Shown: piece after piece, positions 21,860-33,757 of the stretch
Position numbering within the stretch: the first letter of the stretch is position 1
Layout of the letters: each line of letters starts with the position of its first letter
Assembly (NCBI GenBank): GCA_026026165.1
Contig: JAPEUD010000027.1
Location: 62,001 to 126,000 of the forward strand
Origin: Sarea resinae
Lineage: Eukaryota
Length of the DNA: 64,000 nucleotides
Direction: 5' to 3'
Program-made: the position numbers and the translations under genes
Notes under the pieces: model-generated
What the model was told of the DNA's origin: nothing
Databases searched by the model: none
The model's input: the letters and a program-made list of their open reading frames with translations, nothing else

Positions 21860-24800
21860 GTCACCTAACTAACAACTTAGTCACTCTTTAGACTTTTAAA
21901 CTCGCCTCTATAAATATAATGTGCAAAGCAATCACCTACACTATTATATGCATAGCAACAACTACTAGAGGATATTGCAATGTTAAAATGCTATATATAT
22001 AGTTATAATACAACGCACCCTCTATAGTTGACTTTATATATAAGACGCTGCGATCTACTATTGTTTAAGAAACGCAACAGACACTAAGGCAAAACAGCAG
22101 ATATTAGCTCTACAATTAACAACAACACTAACAGCTACATTAACTACAACATTCTAGCAGATATCTATAGCAGGACAGATATCGACTACGCTAAAGATCA
22201 ACTAGATTATAATAGTAGTTAGTTGTTAGATAGAGTGGCTTATAAGACTACGCTATATATACAATCGCTAGCAAAGCTTATAGCTATCTAGTTAATAGCT
22301 TATTTATTAGCAGGCGAACTATATAAATTGCCTAATCAATCGAATAAAAGACACAATATATACCTTAGTCAATCTTAGGCGCTGTTTAATACTGCTAAAG
22401 ACTACAGACTAGCGCAGTAGTTTCTACAGAACAACATTACCTTAACTGCAATTAATAAGTTCTTTAATAACAACATTATAGGATAAGACTGCTCTAGTTT
22501 CTAATCTGTATATACTCTGCGTCAAAAATTAGACAGGATATTAACTATGCCTAGAACGCTAGGTAGAGAATAGGAAGAAATATCTTTCTTAGGGTATTAT
22601 AATAAGAAGATACAAATGTATCTTAAAGATCTCTTAAGATGTATTTTGTTTCTACTTAGACACCTACAGTTTAAAGAGGCGCTTATATATTTGCCTGTGA
22701 AATTGTATAGGGAACAGAATACTTAACTATACTTAGATATACATACTAGGAATTAGTAGTAGCAGACTTAGGTATACAAATCACACTTATCTAGTATTAG
22801 ATATAGTGCTAACTGTCTACTAGGATACACTGCCTGAAAACTCGACACTAGTCCTAGTAATCTATGCGTCTAATAAAACTTATCTGACTAATTTCTTAGG
22901 CGACAAGCATATGTAGCTAATATATCTTATAATTAGTAACTTGCTAAGCACGCTTTAAGCTAAACCTTTATTGCAAGCGACTATCCTCTTAGGTCTTCTA
23001 CTAGTTTATCTAAAGCAAATCAAAGCGAATAATATTTAAGAGCAGAATTATTATTATTAACTATACTACAATAGACTAGATCAGGCCCTTTAGACACTTA
23101 GAAAGCTAGGAGAGGATAGTATACAGATACTATACACAGATAGTTATACCTAGAATTGTTTTCTATAGCTTGCTAGGTAGGTAGCTAACTATAAAGAGGT
23201 TGTTGCAATATGCAGTATTATATAAGGCTACTATCTAGTATATAAATGTCTATAGGCTGACCTTAGTTGTTGTCTAGAAGATAATAACTAGATAGCAAGA
23301 GACTTAGCAAACTACTAGCAACTTCTAAAGGAGGGCAACATACAAACGCTAGAGCAGAAAGGTGTTAGAAAGACACTTAATAGCCTCTAGTTTCTGCTAG
23401 GTGTTAACATCTACAATCTGCTAAAACTAGATCTACTGTATTAAGTTTATATAGGTATACTACAGCACTTTCTAAACTAGCTAGCAGCATTCCTACTTCT
23501 ACACAAACAACTAGACACTTTTAACTCTCTATAGACTGCAATGCTAGCGTATCTAATTTTTAGTCTGCTAACTAAGACCTATCTCTAGATATTATAGTAG
23601 TAAGAGAAGGAAATGCAGAATGTAGTGAAATTCCTAGTCCCTATTACAGCTATATTATTAGCGAATCTATCTGTATAATAGCACTAGGATTTTAAGCAAG
23701 CAATAACATATATATAGTCCTTTATTGACTTTATCTTCTTTGCATAACTGCATACTTATAACAACAAAACCCTTAAGTGTATAGACCTTCTACTAGGTGT
23801 CTTCTATAAACACAAAGCTATTTTCTAGAGATTTTGTGCTAATAAAGGAACAGTAGCTATAGCGCGCTTAGCATCCTAAACAGCATGTGCTGCAGCGTTG
23901 CAAAGAGCTTTGCAAAGAGCTTCTTAGCTAACAGCTAATAGAAAGCAAAAGCAGAAACACAGTGCACATTCTAATAAGGGTTAGAGAAGAGAAGACAGTA
24001 TATAGTAGGCAGAGGATTGTGTAAGAGAAGAGGCTCTAAAAGCAGGTGCATATTTTAACTTCTCTAAGATGCATATTATTAGTCACTATATATCTATAAT
24101 CAGATAATTTAGGTCTCTTTACAGCTTCTCTACTAACTGTTTAGAGGCTCTCTACTAAACAACAGTAAAGTTAGGCTAGTAAGCATTAAATTATTAATAT
24201 ACTACTCTATAGATATTGAAATACTATGACTAACGTTTCTATTTTAAGGCGCGTGAGATAGCTGTAGAGAGGCTGTTATCTCTTAATATAGTACAGACAT
24301 TAAATACTAGATTGCCTATCCTTAAAGGTTTTAACAGATATCTATTGCGATTATTAGAACAAATTATGAAACTAGGTCTACTAGACTTTATAATCGCCTT
24401 GCTAACGTTTATTAAAACGTTGTTTAGCAAACACAGTCAGCTAAATATTAACTAGCAGATGTTAAACTTATATGTAAGTAGCTAGCTTATAGACAGAGTA
24501 TCTTCTACAATGTGTTTCTAAGAGGCAAATAACAACTATAAAGATGTGTTAGAGTTAACTATCTAATGTACAACATTGTAGCAGAGTGTAGGTAGGAGAA
24601 ACAATTAGGTTTAGGTGAAAGACAATGTATACTATCTAGAGAGACATAGCACAGCTAACAGATAGGCGCTAGTTAGCACCTATTTGTTAGCTTAATATTA
24701 ATTTCTATTTAGTCTTACTATGCTAGGGTTTGCTCTAATATCACTAGCTTTAATCACTTAGGTATAAGCTAAACAACTAGAGAGTTAGGACATAATACAT

Positions 24801-24985
24801 TGTCTACCTATTGTTAAAAGGTTAGACAACATAGCTGCTTATAGTAAAGGCTGTCTAATAACTAACAAGGAGTGTATTATACGCGTTAAAGATATAATAG
24901 GGCTAAGTTATGTAATTAAGATACTTTCTAACAGCTTAGATTGTAAAGAACGTTTCCTAGTAAACAAATATATTGACTAAGAAAC
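21860..24985 (+). pseudogene. Plavaka transposase
   Basis: De-RIP reading: 'PWAPFDT..DYRLAQWF', 'YLKDPL.CI.FLL.HP.FK..L.Y.P....RLYSDMHTGNWWWQTQ', intron 22772-22823, 'DTLPENSTLVPVICASDETHLTNFSGDKHMWPIYLTIGNLP...R.KP', 'PDLLHQV..G', 'FNFPKMHIISHY..MI..FGSL..FSTD.SEALH...VK.GW.ASN' (~24054-24190). Start and end are approximate. Confidence 0.9.
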
Positions 24986-25372
24986 ATACTTTACTAAATA
25001 GATTTTAGAAGTTAACAGAAGTTCTAGTGTAGCTTATATAGCTTATATAGCTTGTGTAGTACAAAATCAACTGCCTAATATCACATAGCTGTTAGTAGAC
25101 ACTGTGTAGTACAGATAGTATGTACAAGTTCTACAGAGATATTATAACAAGTATCTACTATATATAACCTAATAATAAGTACATAGAAGACAATGTATAT
25201 CTATATAGAGATGTATTTACCTTTATATCTACTAGTAGACAAGTATATATACTATAATATTGCTATATAACGCTGTAGATATACTATAGCACTACTATCT
25301 ACATAGAACTAGTACTATATACTATGTATCTACACTATATCTACATAGACCTCTTCTCTTTTTGCTAATATA

Positions 25373-28300
25373 TATTAGGCTTGCCCTAGCAGATAGCCTA
25401 CTATTACAGACTAGGTATCACACTAATCTATAAAAATTGTAGGCTAGTCTGTAAAATCTCTATAAATCTAAGGGATTTAATTCTAAATTCCTAATCTATA
25501 AAGAGTTGTTTAATACAACTCTTAAAAAATGCAAGGATCTAGAGGACTATATTATAAGAATCAAGCAGCTAAATAATAAGCTAAGGGCTAGAGACCTAAT
25601 TCTGCCTAATAAGTTTATAGCTGTATAGACTCTAAACAACCTTACTAGTAACTATAATAATATAGTTACTATTATCACACAAATAATAAATAAAAGCAAA
25701 GATAAGGATATTAACCTAGAGGAAATCTTTGTATAGCTAATAGATAACTCTAAGAGGTTTAGAATTTCTAAGAGAACTAGCACTAGTAATAATAGTCATA
25801 ACACTAGCAAGGATATAGAGGTAGCTCTTACCTCTAAGAGTAAAAAGCACTGTGATAATTGTAGACTAAATAATTACAATAAGTCTATATGCTTTTAAAA
25901 GCATTCTAGCCTAAAAAGGAGTAAAAAGCCTAATGCTAAAAAGCATAGGGCTAACCCCTCTACAGCAGAGGAATCACAAGAGGAAAAGAGCTTTATAGCT
26001 ACAAGCTCTAATTCCTATAGCTGCTCTAAATCAGTGTTAAAACGCACTGTTACAAGCTTAAACTCCTATAGCTGTCCTAAATCAGTGTTAGAATGCACTG
26101 TTACAAGCACAGTCCTAGAAGGTACTGCTATAAAGCTATAAAAAAGCACTGATACACCTAAAGCTTTCTATAGCTATATAAAATCTGAGTCTAACAGCAC
26201 TGCTACAGAGTGGATTCTTAACTCAGGTGCAACAACATATATCTACTATAGAAAGGAACTCTTTAACAACCTTAGACCCTATAACACTACTATAAAGTAG
26301 AGTAACACTAGTAGTTCTACTATAGCAATAGGTATAGAGGATATTAAGCTAATATTTACTCTAACAAATTAAGTAGTAAATATTAGAGATATTCTATATA
26401 TCTCTAACTCTAGTATAAACCTGCTATCCCTAGGGGCAATTATAAATAAGGGCTATAAAGTTAACTTTAGCTCTAAAAATGTCCTTATCCTAGATAATAG
26501 AGGTAGTATCACTGCTAAAGAGACTTATACTAATAAGCTTAGTGTCTTTTAGACTAAGGCTATACCTATAGTGCTAAATAGCACTATAGAGGATATTAGT
26601 CTAGATATATAGTATAAAAGGCTAGGATATATAGAGAAAAGCACTCTAAAAAGGCTATAGAACAATGTAGAGCTTAGTGTTAAGTCTAAAGACTTAGATA
26701 TTAAAGATTACACTATCTGCTTAGAGGCTAAATTTACTAGATATACTAGTAGAACCCTTATAGAAAAGCCTAAGGAATACCTTAAAATTATATGCAGTAA
26801 TATAGAGAGTCTTATAAAACCTCTAACACCTAGTAGTAATAAATACTATATTACTTTCCTAGATCTAGCTATAAAATACCTTAATATTTACCTTCTAAAA
26901 TATTAAAGTAAAACCTTTAGCAAATTTAAAGAATATATTGCTAAAGAGAAAAATTAAAGCCTAAAAAAGCTAAAAAGATTTCACTTAGATAATGCTAAGG
27001 TCTATAATAACACTATATTTAAGGAATTTCATGCTAAAAAGGCATTATAGACTCTTATAATACACCTTATACCTTAAAACAAAATAGCCTAGCAGAAAGG
27101 ATTAATAGGACCTTACTTAATTAAGTAAAAGCCCTATTAAATCAGGCTAATATCCCTAAAAAATGCTTAGAGAAAGCTATTCTAGCTGCTATATACCTCT
27201 ATAATAGGACCTCTAATAGCTCTATAGGCTATAAAACACTCTATAAGCTAAGGTTTAATAAAAAGCCTAACCTAGACTACATAAAATCTAGGGTTCTCTA
27301 GCCTATAAGAGAGAGCCTAAAGAACTAATTAAAAAATTAGATAATAGAGCTAAGCCCTATTACCTAATCAACTATAGCTTAAATCAATACAAGCTGCTAG
27401 ACCTAAAGACAGCTAAAACAATCTAGGCTAGAGATGTTAGGATTATAGAGAACACATTCTATAATTCTACAGAAGGCTATACCTCTGACCTAGAGGCTCT
27501 AGAGGAGCTAGAGAAGGACACATCTAATCTAGAGGATAAGAATCCTATAGGTTTTGAAAATTCACCTCCTACACCTGTTGTAACAGCATAGGAAGAACCT
27601 GTAACAGTAGAAGATCAAAGTTCTATAGGTGATGACAATTTAGGCACACCTGATATAATAGACACTAATAGTGAATCTGATATAGATAAGCTAAGCAGTG
27701 AATATTATGCAAATATAGCTAGCACCTCTAAGCAGTAACAACACTATACAAACTTTATACAAAACTTTATAGTTTGTAACAGTCTGTATACAAGGAGGAA
27801 TCACACTGTTACAGACACCTATAGAAGTCCTATAGATGTGTCTGATCCTAAGAGCTATAGAGAAGCTCTAAAGTCACTCTATAAAGAGGAGTGGCTAGAA
27901 TCAATGCAGAAGGAGCTTACTAAGCTAAAAGAGCTAGGAGTCCTAAAGCTAGTTCCTAGACCTAAAAATGCTAATATAATTAATAGCAGGTAGGTCTATA
28001 AAACAAAGCTAAACCCTAATAATACAACATCAGCAAAAATGTAAATTGCTTTATATACCTATAGTGTTACAACATGAGATTCTATAGTAACAGCATGATA
28101 CTCTTATTTACTATGTATTTTTATAGTGCTACTATATAGCTTTATGTTGCTGTATGTTGTAAAGTGATACTCTATAGACATTTGCTAAATTGCTTATATA
28201 AGCGAAAAATTAAGCGAAAAATAAGCGAAAATAGCTCTAGTGCTATAGGCATTAACGCTAAGACTTCCTAAATAGGAAATTATAAGAATTCATAAAAATT

Positions 28301-29990
28301 CACTTTATAATTAGTTAGCGCTAAGGCTATAGCCTACCCTATAGCCCTATAGGCTAGGCATGCTAAGACTACCTATAAGTGCTAAGTTTGCAAAGTTGCA
28401 CTATTAGTATAAACTAGCTACTAGAGTATGTACTAAGTATATACTCTGTATTATAGGCTTTTAAAGGCTCTTAGAGCTACCTTACTAGCTCTAAGAGATA
28501 AGCAACTCTTTAAGAGGCTGAAACTTCTCTGCGCTTTATAAGCCTCTTTAGCCTCTAAGAGTCTCTAAGAGCAATTCGCTATTTTTACTAATAAATTAAT
28601 AAAAGGAAATCTAAGTAGGTTGCTAAAGGCTTCCTATAAAAGTAAAAGGTTAACTATATAAAGACCTTTATATATACTAGTAATCCTATAGCTATTAAAC
28701 TACTTCTAGTTATAGCTGCTAAACTAGATCTAGAAATATATTAGTAGGATATAGCTTCTATATTTCCTAATACTAGTCTAGATAATCCTATCTATATAGA
28801 GCAGCTAGAGAGTTTTATAGAAGAAAAAAGCAAAGTTTATCTTCTAAATAAAGCCTTATATAGCTTAAAACAAGCTGCTAGGTAGTAGGAAATTTACCTA
28901 AAGGATTTACTTATAAAAATAGGATTTAAAACAATCCTAGTAGATAGCTCTATCTATATTAAAGAGGATATAATAATCACTATATATATAGACAACATTT
29001 AACTATTTAGCAAATTAGCTAATAGTATAAATAGTCTCTATAAAGACCTCTTTAAACACTTAGAAATCTCTAATCTAAGGGCTATAAAATTCTATCTAGA
29101 GATAGAAATCTCTAGAGATAGACTTAATAGAAGAATTACTCTAAATTAGAAGGCTTTTATTACTAATTTATTGATAAAATTCAATAACTTAGGCCTAAAG
29201 CCTATAATAACACCTTTTATAGGTAGTGTAAAGTTAGATAGAAATAGTCTATAAGTAAACCCTAATAATATTAAATAATATTAAAGGGAAATAGGTAGTC
29301 TAATCTACTTAACTATTATTTCTAGACCTAATCTAGCCTATATAGTAAATCTATACACTAGATTTATATAAAATTCTAGCTAGCTGCATTTTAAATCCCT
29401 AGATAGGATCTAGCAATACCTTATCTATATAAAAGACTATAGTTTTATCTATTAGTCTAAATCACAATAAAAAGGCCTAAAACTTCTAGGTTATTGCAAT
29501 TCAGACTAGAGAGAAGATTACAGCAAAAAATCTACAACAAGCTATGTTTTTCTACTAGATAATAACATAGTTTCCTAGAATTCTAAACTGCAAAAAACAG
29601 TTGCTTTAAGCTCTTATAAAGCAGAATACATAGCACTAAAAGAGGCTATAAAAGAGAATTTATATATAAATTCTCTAATCAAGCAAATCCCTTTGCTAAA
29701 AAACAATATTAGTATAGAGGATTCTAAGGCTATATACACTAATAGCCTTTCTACTATAGAACTTGCAAAAAACCTAATGTTTTATTAAAAAACAAAGTAT
29801 ATTGATATACAATATCACTTTGTTAGAGACAACTGTTAAAAGAATATAATTCACCTGAATTATATACCTACAGCTTGTTAACTAGCAGATAGCTTTACTA
29901 AGCCACTTAGCACTTAAAAGTGGCTAGAAGTCCTAAAGGCTATTTAGATACAGCCTACACCTAAAGAACAAACAAGTTCTATAGGTGCAT
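25373..29990 (+). pseudogene. Copia gag-pol (resumed after the Plavaka insertion; N-terminal gag at ~9980-10610)
   Basis: gag 'IRLALADGPLLQ..LY..KGF.SEFL', CCHC 'CDNC...NH....C' (~25851-25893), protease 'WILDSGATTHIC' (~26211), 'WHKRLGH' (~26610), integrase 'HSDNA..QNGLAERINRTL', RT 'K.RWVAKGF', 'KALYGLKQA', 'YVDD', RNase H 'GYCDSDW..KSTTSYVF..ALSSCEAEY..KHIDIQYHFVR..LADGFTKPL'. Confidence 0.9.
28028..28593. mobile_element. 566-bp non-autonomous element (MITE-like) with Plavaka-type TIRs, inserted in Copia RT
   Basis: Left CATCAGCAAAAATGTAAATTGCT, right AGCAATTCGCTATTTTTACTAATA. AA duplicated at 28026-27 and 28594-95. Removing it restores RT 'KTKLNP.NTINKRKS.WVAKGF'. Confidence 0.88.
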
Positions 29991-30085
29991 AAAATTATGC
30001 ACCTACAGCAACTGTTATAAAAAGCAAAGTTTGATAGGAGTTCTAAATTGCATACCTATCCTATAGAATTAAGCTTAAGAGAGTG

Positions 30086-30588
30086 TGTTAGAATTATAAC
30101 CTTAATTCTAGTCACTCTTAAGTATCTAGACTGTTATAGAATGTTATATAACAGTATAGATATATCTAGAAGCTTCTACAGACCTATAGAAGCTAATAGA
30201 ACTCTATAGAATCTTATAGAACATTCTAGAAGATTCTATAGGTATGCTGACTAAGCATCTAGAACCTTCTAGAGCCCTTTAGAATGTTCTAGAACTATCT
30301 AGAAGTCTATAGAATCTCTTAGATATCTATAGAACTCTATAATATAAGGGTTACACAACTATCTCCTAACTTTCTTACAAAGCATACTAATGTTATTATT
30401 AGCCTATTGCTTACAAATCACTTATGTAATTAGTTATCACTAGAAGTTTCTAGTAAGACAGTTAAGTCTATATATTAACTGCCTTACACCTCTATAGCTA
30501 GAATCTCTAAGTTTATAATATATAATCATTCTATATAATACTTCTTTAGCACCTTTCTCTACTTATATCTTTGTGCTACCTTCTAACA
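30086..30588 (+). repeat. Copia 3' LTR (503 bp), preceded by a polypurine tract
   Basis: Direct repeat of 9388-9928, preceded by AAGAGAGTG. Confidence 0.95.
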
Positions 30589-31238
30589 GTATAACCTACC
30601 ACTAGATTCTTATAGCCTTGATTCTATACCCTACACTGTCTTATTTAACTACATAAAGAGGCAGCACAATTTCAAGTCTATTGATTTCAAACCCTATCAC
30701 ACACAATGAATCTATCCTGATAGGGATCTAGGTCAACGACAAAGCAGACAACCAGCGATTGTCCCTCATGTGCCTCTTTTACAACGCCCTTTGCAATTCG
30801 CTGCAAAGTACTGCACCGTTCCTAGTCCCGACGTTCGTCAAACAGAAGTCAATGCTAAAGTGAATATTCATGCGCTATATGAGTGTCGCCAGTACACAAA
30901 ACGCTTTTGCTCAACCAAACTAAGACGCTGCCATGGTTGGGGCAAGATACTTCTCACCTCAGCCTGCTTTTGCAATCGATGAGCTGGAATTGTGACGGGA
31001 TCGTTTAGGCGGTGTCGTCGCCCCATGCGTAGAACCTCTGCTGTTGCTCCGAGTTCGACTTGATCCGGTTGATATATGGTACAATCTAGAGTCATCCGAC
31101 GGTTGATGACGACGCCTCTAATATCAACAGTCGAGAGAAGCATGTCAGAAATTAAGCACGCTAGCCAAAACCAACAAGCGAATATATCGAAGGCTCTTCT
31201 GGAAGGGCAGTGAAGCAAAGCACAACATGCACTAGCAC

Positions 31239-33757
31239 TCATAGCTGACTTCTGGAGGAGCCTACCGAGTTTTGCCTCTCGTGATCCTTGCCTCTCTGCT
31301 CCCTTCCCGTAGTTACCTCGTCCTGGAGCTTCAACGCATCCAACCGCTTTTGACTATCCTGAGTGATGGGGTCTACGTCATCTAAACGTGACGGAGAGTT
31401 CGCCTTTGTCACCTTGCTCGATGTCGAATTCAGAATTGGCCCTGCCTTGTCGCTTTCGTTGTTCTTTGCTTGCTCAGCAAGCTTGTCCCATTTCGCTTGT
31501 CTTGCCTTCTCTCGTTCCTCTGCGTTGTTCTGCAACTCGGTATAATCGTGAGAACAGTCATCGAAGAGCTGAGGATTGATCTCCATGAAAAGTTTCATTG
31601 CATTGTAGACCATTCCATGAATAGTACTGGTCTCAAATGAGCATAAATGAAGGATTGGAGAGTGAAAGAATACCGACCGATTCCAGTGACCCTTGGAATT
31701 TTCATATAGTGGCGCAAACATGATTGGAAGTATTATTTCGACGTTGTCGCTGACGAGATTGCAGAAGTACTCATTATTCCAGAAGTACAAGGCCCTTTCG
31801 GCGACCTATTTACTTATTAAATTTGTCGATGGCATTCAGAAGGATGACAAACCTGGAAATGGGGACTAGCAACGGATTTGGCTAGCTGGTTGAACAAGGG
31901 TTCCTGGACTTTTGCGAATTCTGCGGGGTCCATGACCTCGAAGATATCTTCGACTTCGTTCAAGAACATGACTTCCTTTGTGCTGTTTATCTTCGGCCAA
32001 TATCGTAATAAACCCAGAACGACCTGCACGCAGTATCAGCAAGTGAGCCTTGACCTGCCATTGAGTTGGCAATGCAAAATGCTTACCTCTTCAGTCAGCG
32101 CAGCATCCTTCTCTAGAAATTGGACAATACAGTAAGCCAGCTGAGGATGATACATGCTTAAGCTCTTGACTTTATGCAGTGGTAAGAGTACTCTGGTTAG
32201 GAACAGCTTGTGCTCTTCTTTCAGAGGCAAGGCGAATCCATTGATGATTGACCCTAGAATTTCCAGTAGTTCCGCGATTCCATTGAACCGTTCTGTCTCG
32301 TAGACGAATTGGAAAAAGACATTGTTGATAGACCTCCGAATGAATGATCGTAGATTAAGGAATTTACCATAAATTCGATGTAGAGTCGTTTTCAGAAAGT
32401 CCCTTTCGCGTGGATCCTCGGAGTCGAAAAGCTCGAGGAGCTTGCTACATATCAGTGGGAGCCCTTAACAGATAGTATGAGAAATGACGTACCTGAAGTA
32501 CAAATTGATGATCGATGTATTGCTTGGCTATGTTTGTATTGAAGTCCTGGCTCTCGATGAAACGTAGAAAGAATTCATAGACGACTTGAATATGCGGCCA
32601 AGCAACTTCCAGAACCGGCTCATCCTCTTCTGGGTCAAAAGCTTCCCCCTGTGGGTTTACCGGTGGAGGTATCGGGCGGAACAGATTCTTACTGAACATA
32701 TCCACGACTCTAGGATACATGGGTTCCGTGATGACCTGCCGATTATTCGCAACATAGTCGAGAAGCTCATGGAGAGCTAGCCGTTTGATCTCTTTTGACT
32801 TCATATCGGCACTGGCATCGTTGAAATCAAAGATTATATTGCACTGATCGATCTTCTGCATGAACAGATCCTGCCGCCGATTCGGAGGTACCTCGTGGAA
32901 ACCAGGTAGCTTTTCCAACTCGCGTTGGCGTTGATCCGAGACGTCGAATCTCGAAGAATGCTGTCGTTTTGGTGTCCTTATACCTTCAGGAACATCTTTA
33001 GGGGTGGTTTGTAAACGGTCAAAGAGGGATGACTTGGACCCGGCCTTTGGAGGAGCGAGATCGCCGGGCATAGTTTCGGCCGCGCCTGGTGGAGGAATGT
33101 GCTGCGGCAAAGTAAGTCTCGTGGACGTCATGAACTTCTCAGACATCGAATAAATATGTTGATGATCGCACAAGTAATGCGCGTAAAGTAGGGTGATGCA
33201 ACTCACCGGCGCACTAGGACTAATGATAACGCTAGGAGGTAGAGGTTGACCCTGTCTCGACGGCGTACTGGGCCCACCAGGTGGACCACTGACTCCGACA
33301 GCTGTCTGCTGCTGGGGCACGAACTGGGGCCCTCCTGATAATGAACTGGATAACCCAGCTTGCCCACCATGAGCGGGATTGATGCCATTATTTCCCGTAA
33401 CAGCACCATCGCCTTGCGCGAGAGGTTTACCTCTCGCGTCATTCAAGGTAGTGGTCGAGGAAGTTGGTGTGCCATGATTAGAGTTTGCGGGAGACTGCGC
33501 GTGGCCTGAAGGCCCGGCGGAGTTGTGAGATGGAGACGAGGTACCAGAAGTTGAGTCTTTCTTCTTGGAGGATTTGTTTGAGTCTTTGGCTCGCGAGAGC
33601 TGCTCGTGCTGTTTATGTTAGCATCTTTCTCACTTGGGCAAGTCCACCGCTCTTAAGGAGAAGCATTGTATGCATTGTTTAAGCGGTGATACTTTGGATA
33701 TATGTCCCCCGTAGAGAACATGAGGGGGCTTACAACTCTCTGTCTGAAGCCTTTCAT
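31239..33757 (-). CDS. RTS1: Protein phosphatase 2A B'/B56 regulatory subunit (multi-exon; possible alternative last exon to 30959)
   Basis: Starts MKGFRQRV|intron. B56 motifs '[27 protein letters not shown]', '[10 protein letters not shown]', '[16 protein letters not shown]', '[12 protein letters not shown]', '[18 protein letters not shown]'. Confidence 0.96.

Larger units (their letters stand above)
10613..25370. mobile_element. 14.76-kb TIR-bounded Plavaka-type DNA transposon with cargo genes, inserted in Copia gag
   Basis: Left end CATCAGCAAAAAGGGAGG. Right end CTTCTCTTTTTGCTAATA, the RIP form of the reverse complement. TA flanks both ends (10611-12, 25371-72). Copia gag resumes immediately after ('YIRLALADGPLLQ'). 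Confidence 0.88.
9388..30588 (+). mobile_element. Ty1/Copia LTR retrotransposon (~5.9 kb net), interrupted by two DNA-transposon insertions
   Basis: Two near-identical LTRs (TGTTAGAA...TTCTAACA), a PBS-like GGTTATAAGCCT after the 5' LTR, and domain order gag-PR-INT-RT-RNaseH. Confidence 0.93.
1..30600. other. AT-rich, RIP-mutated nested transposon block
   Basis: Very TpA-rich, with almost no ORFs over 60 aa. TE proteins become readable only when TAG/TAA are reverted to TGG/CAG/CAA and CTA to CCA. Composition returns abruptly to normal at about 30.6-30.7 kb. Confidence 0.95.

Noticed and set aside
14284..24430. Short ORF-track calls in the AT-rich block (14284+, 16406+, 17442+, 24239-) as real small proteins
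   Set aside because: They are Leu/Ile/Ser-rich antisense shadows of RIPed genes. Only 14217- and 20481- overlap true cargo frames.
10613..25370. Starship element
   Set aside because: No tyrosine-recombinase (DUF3435) captain is recognisable at either end. The TIRs, 2-bp TSD and Plavaka transposase indicate a different class.
1..30600. Centromere or subtelomere assignment
   Set aside because: Compatible with either, but there are no telomeric repeats and no evidence available from sequence alone.
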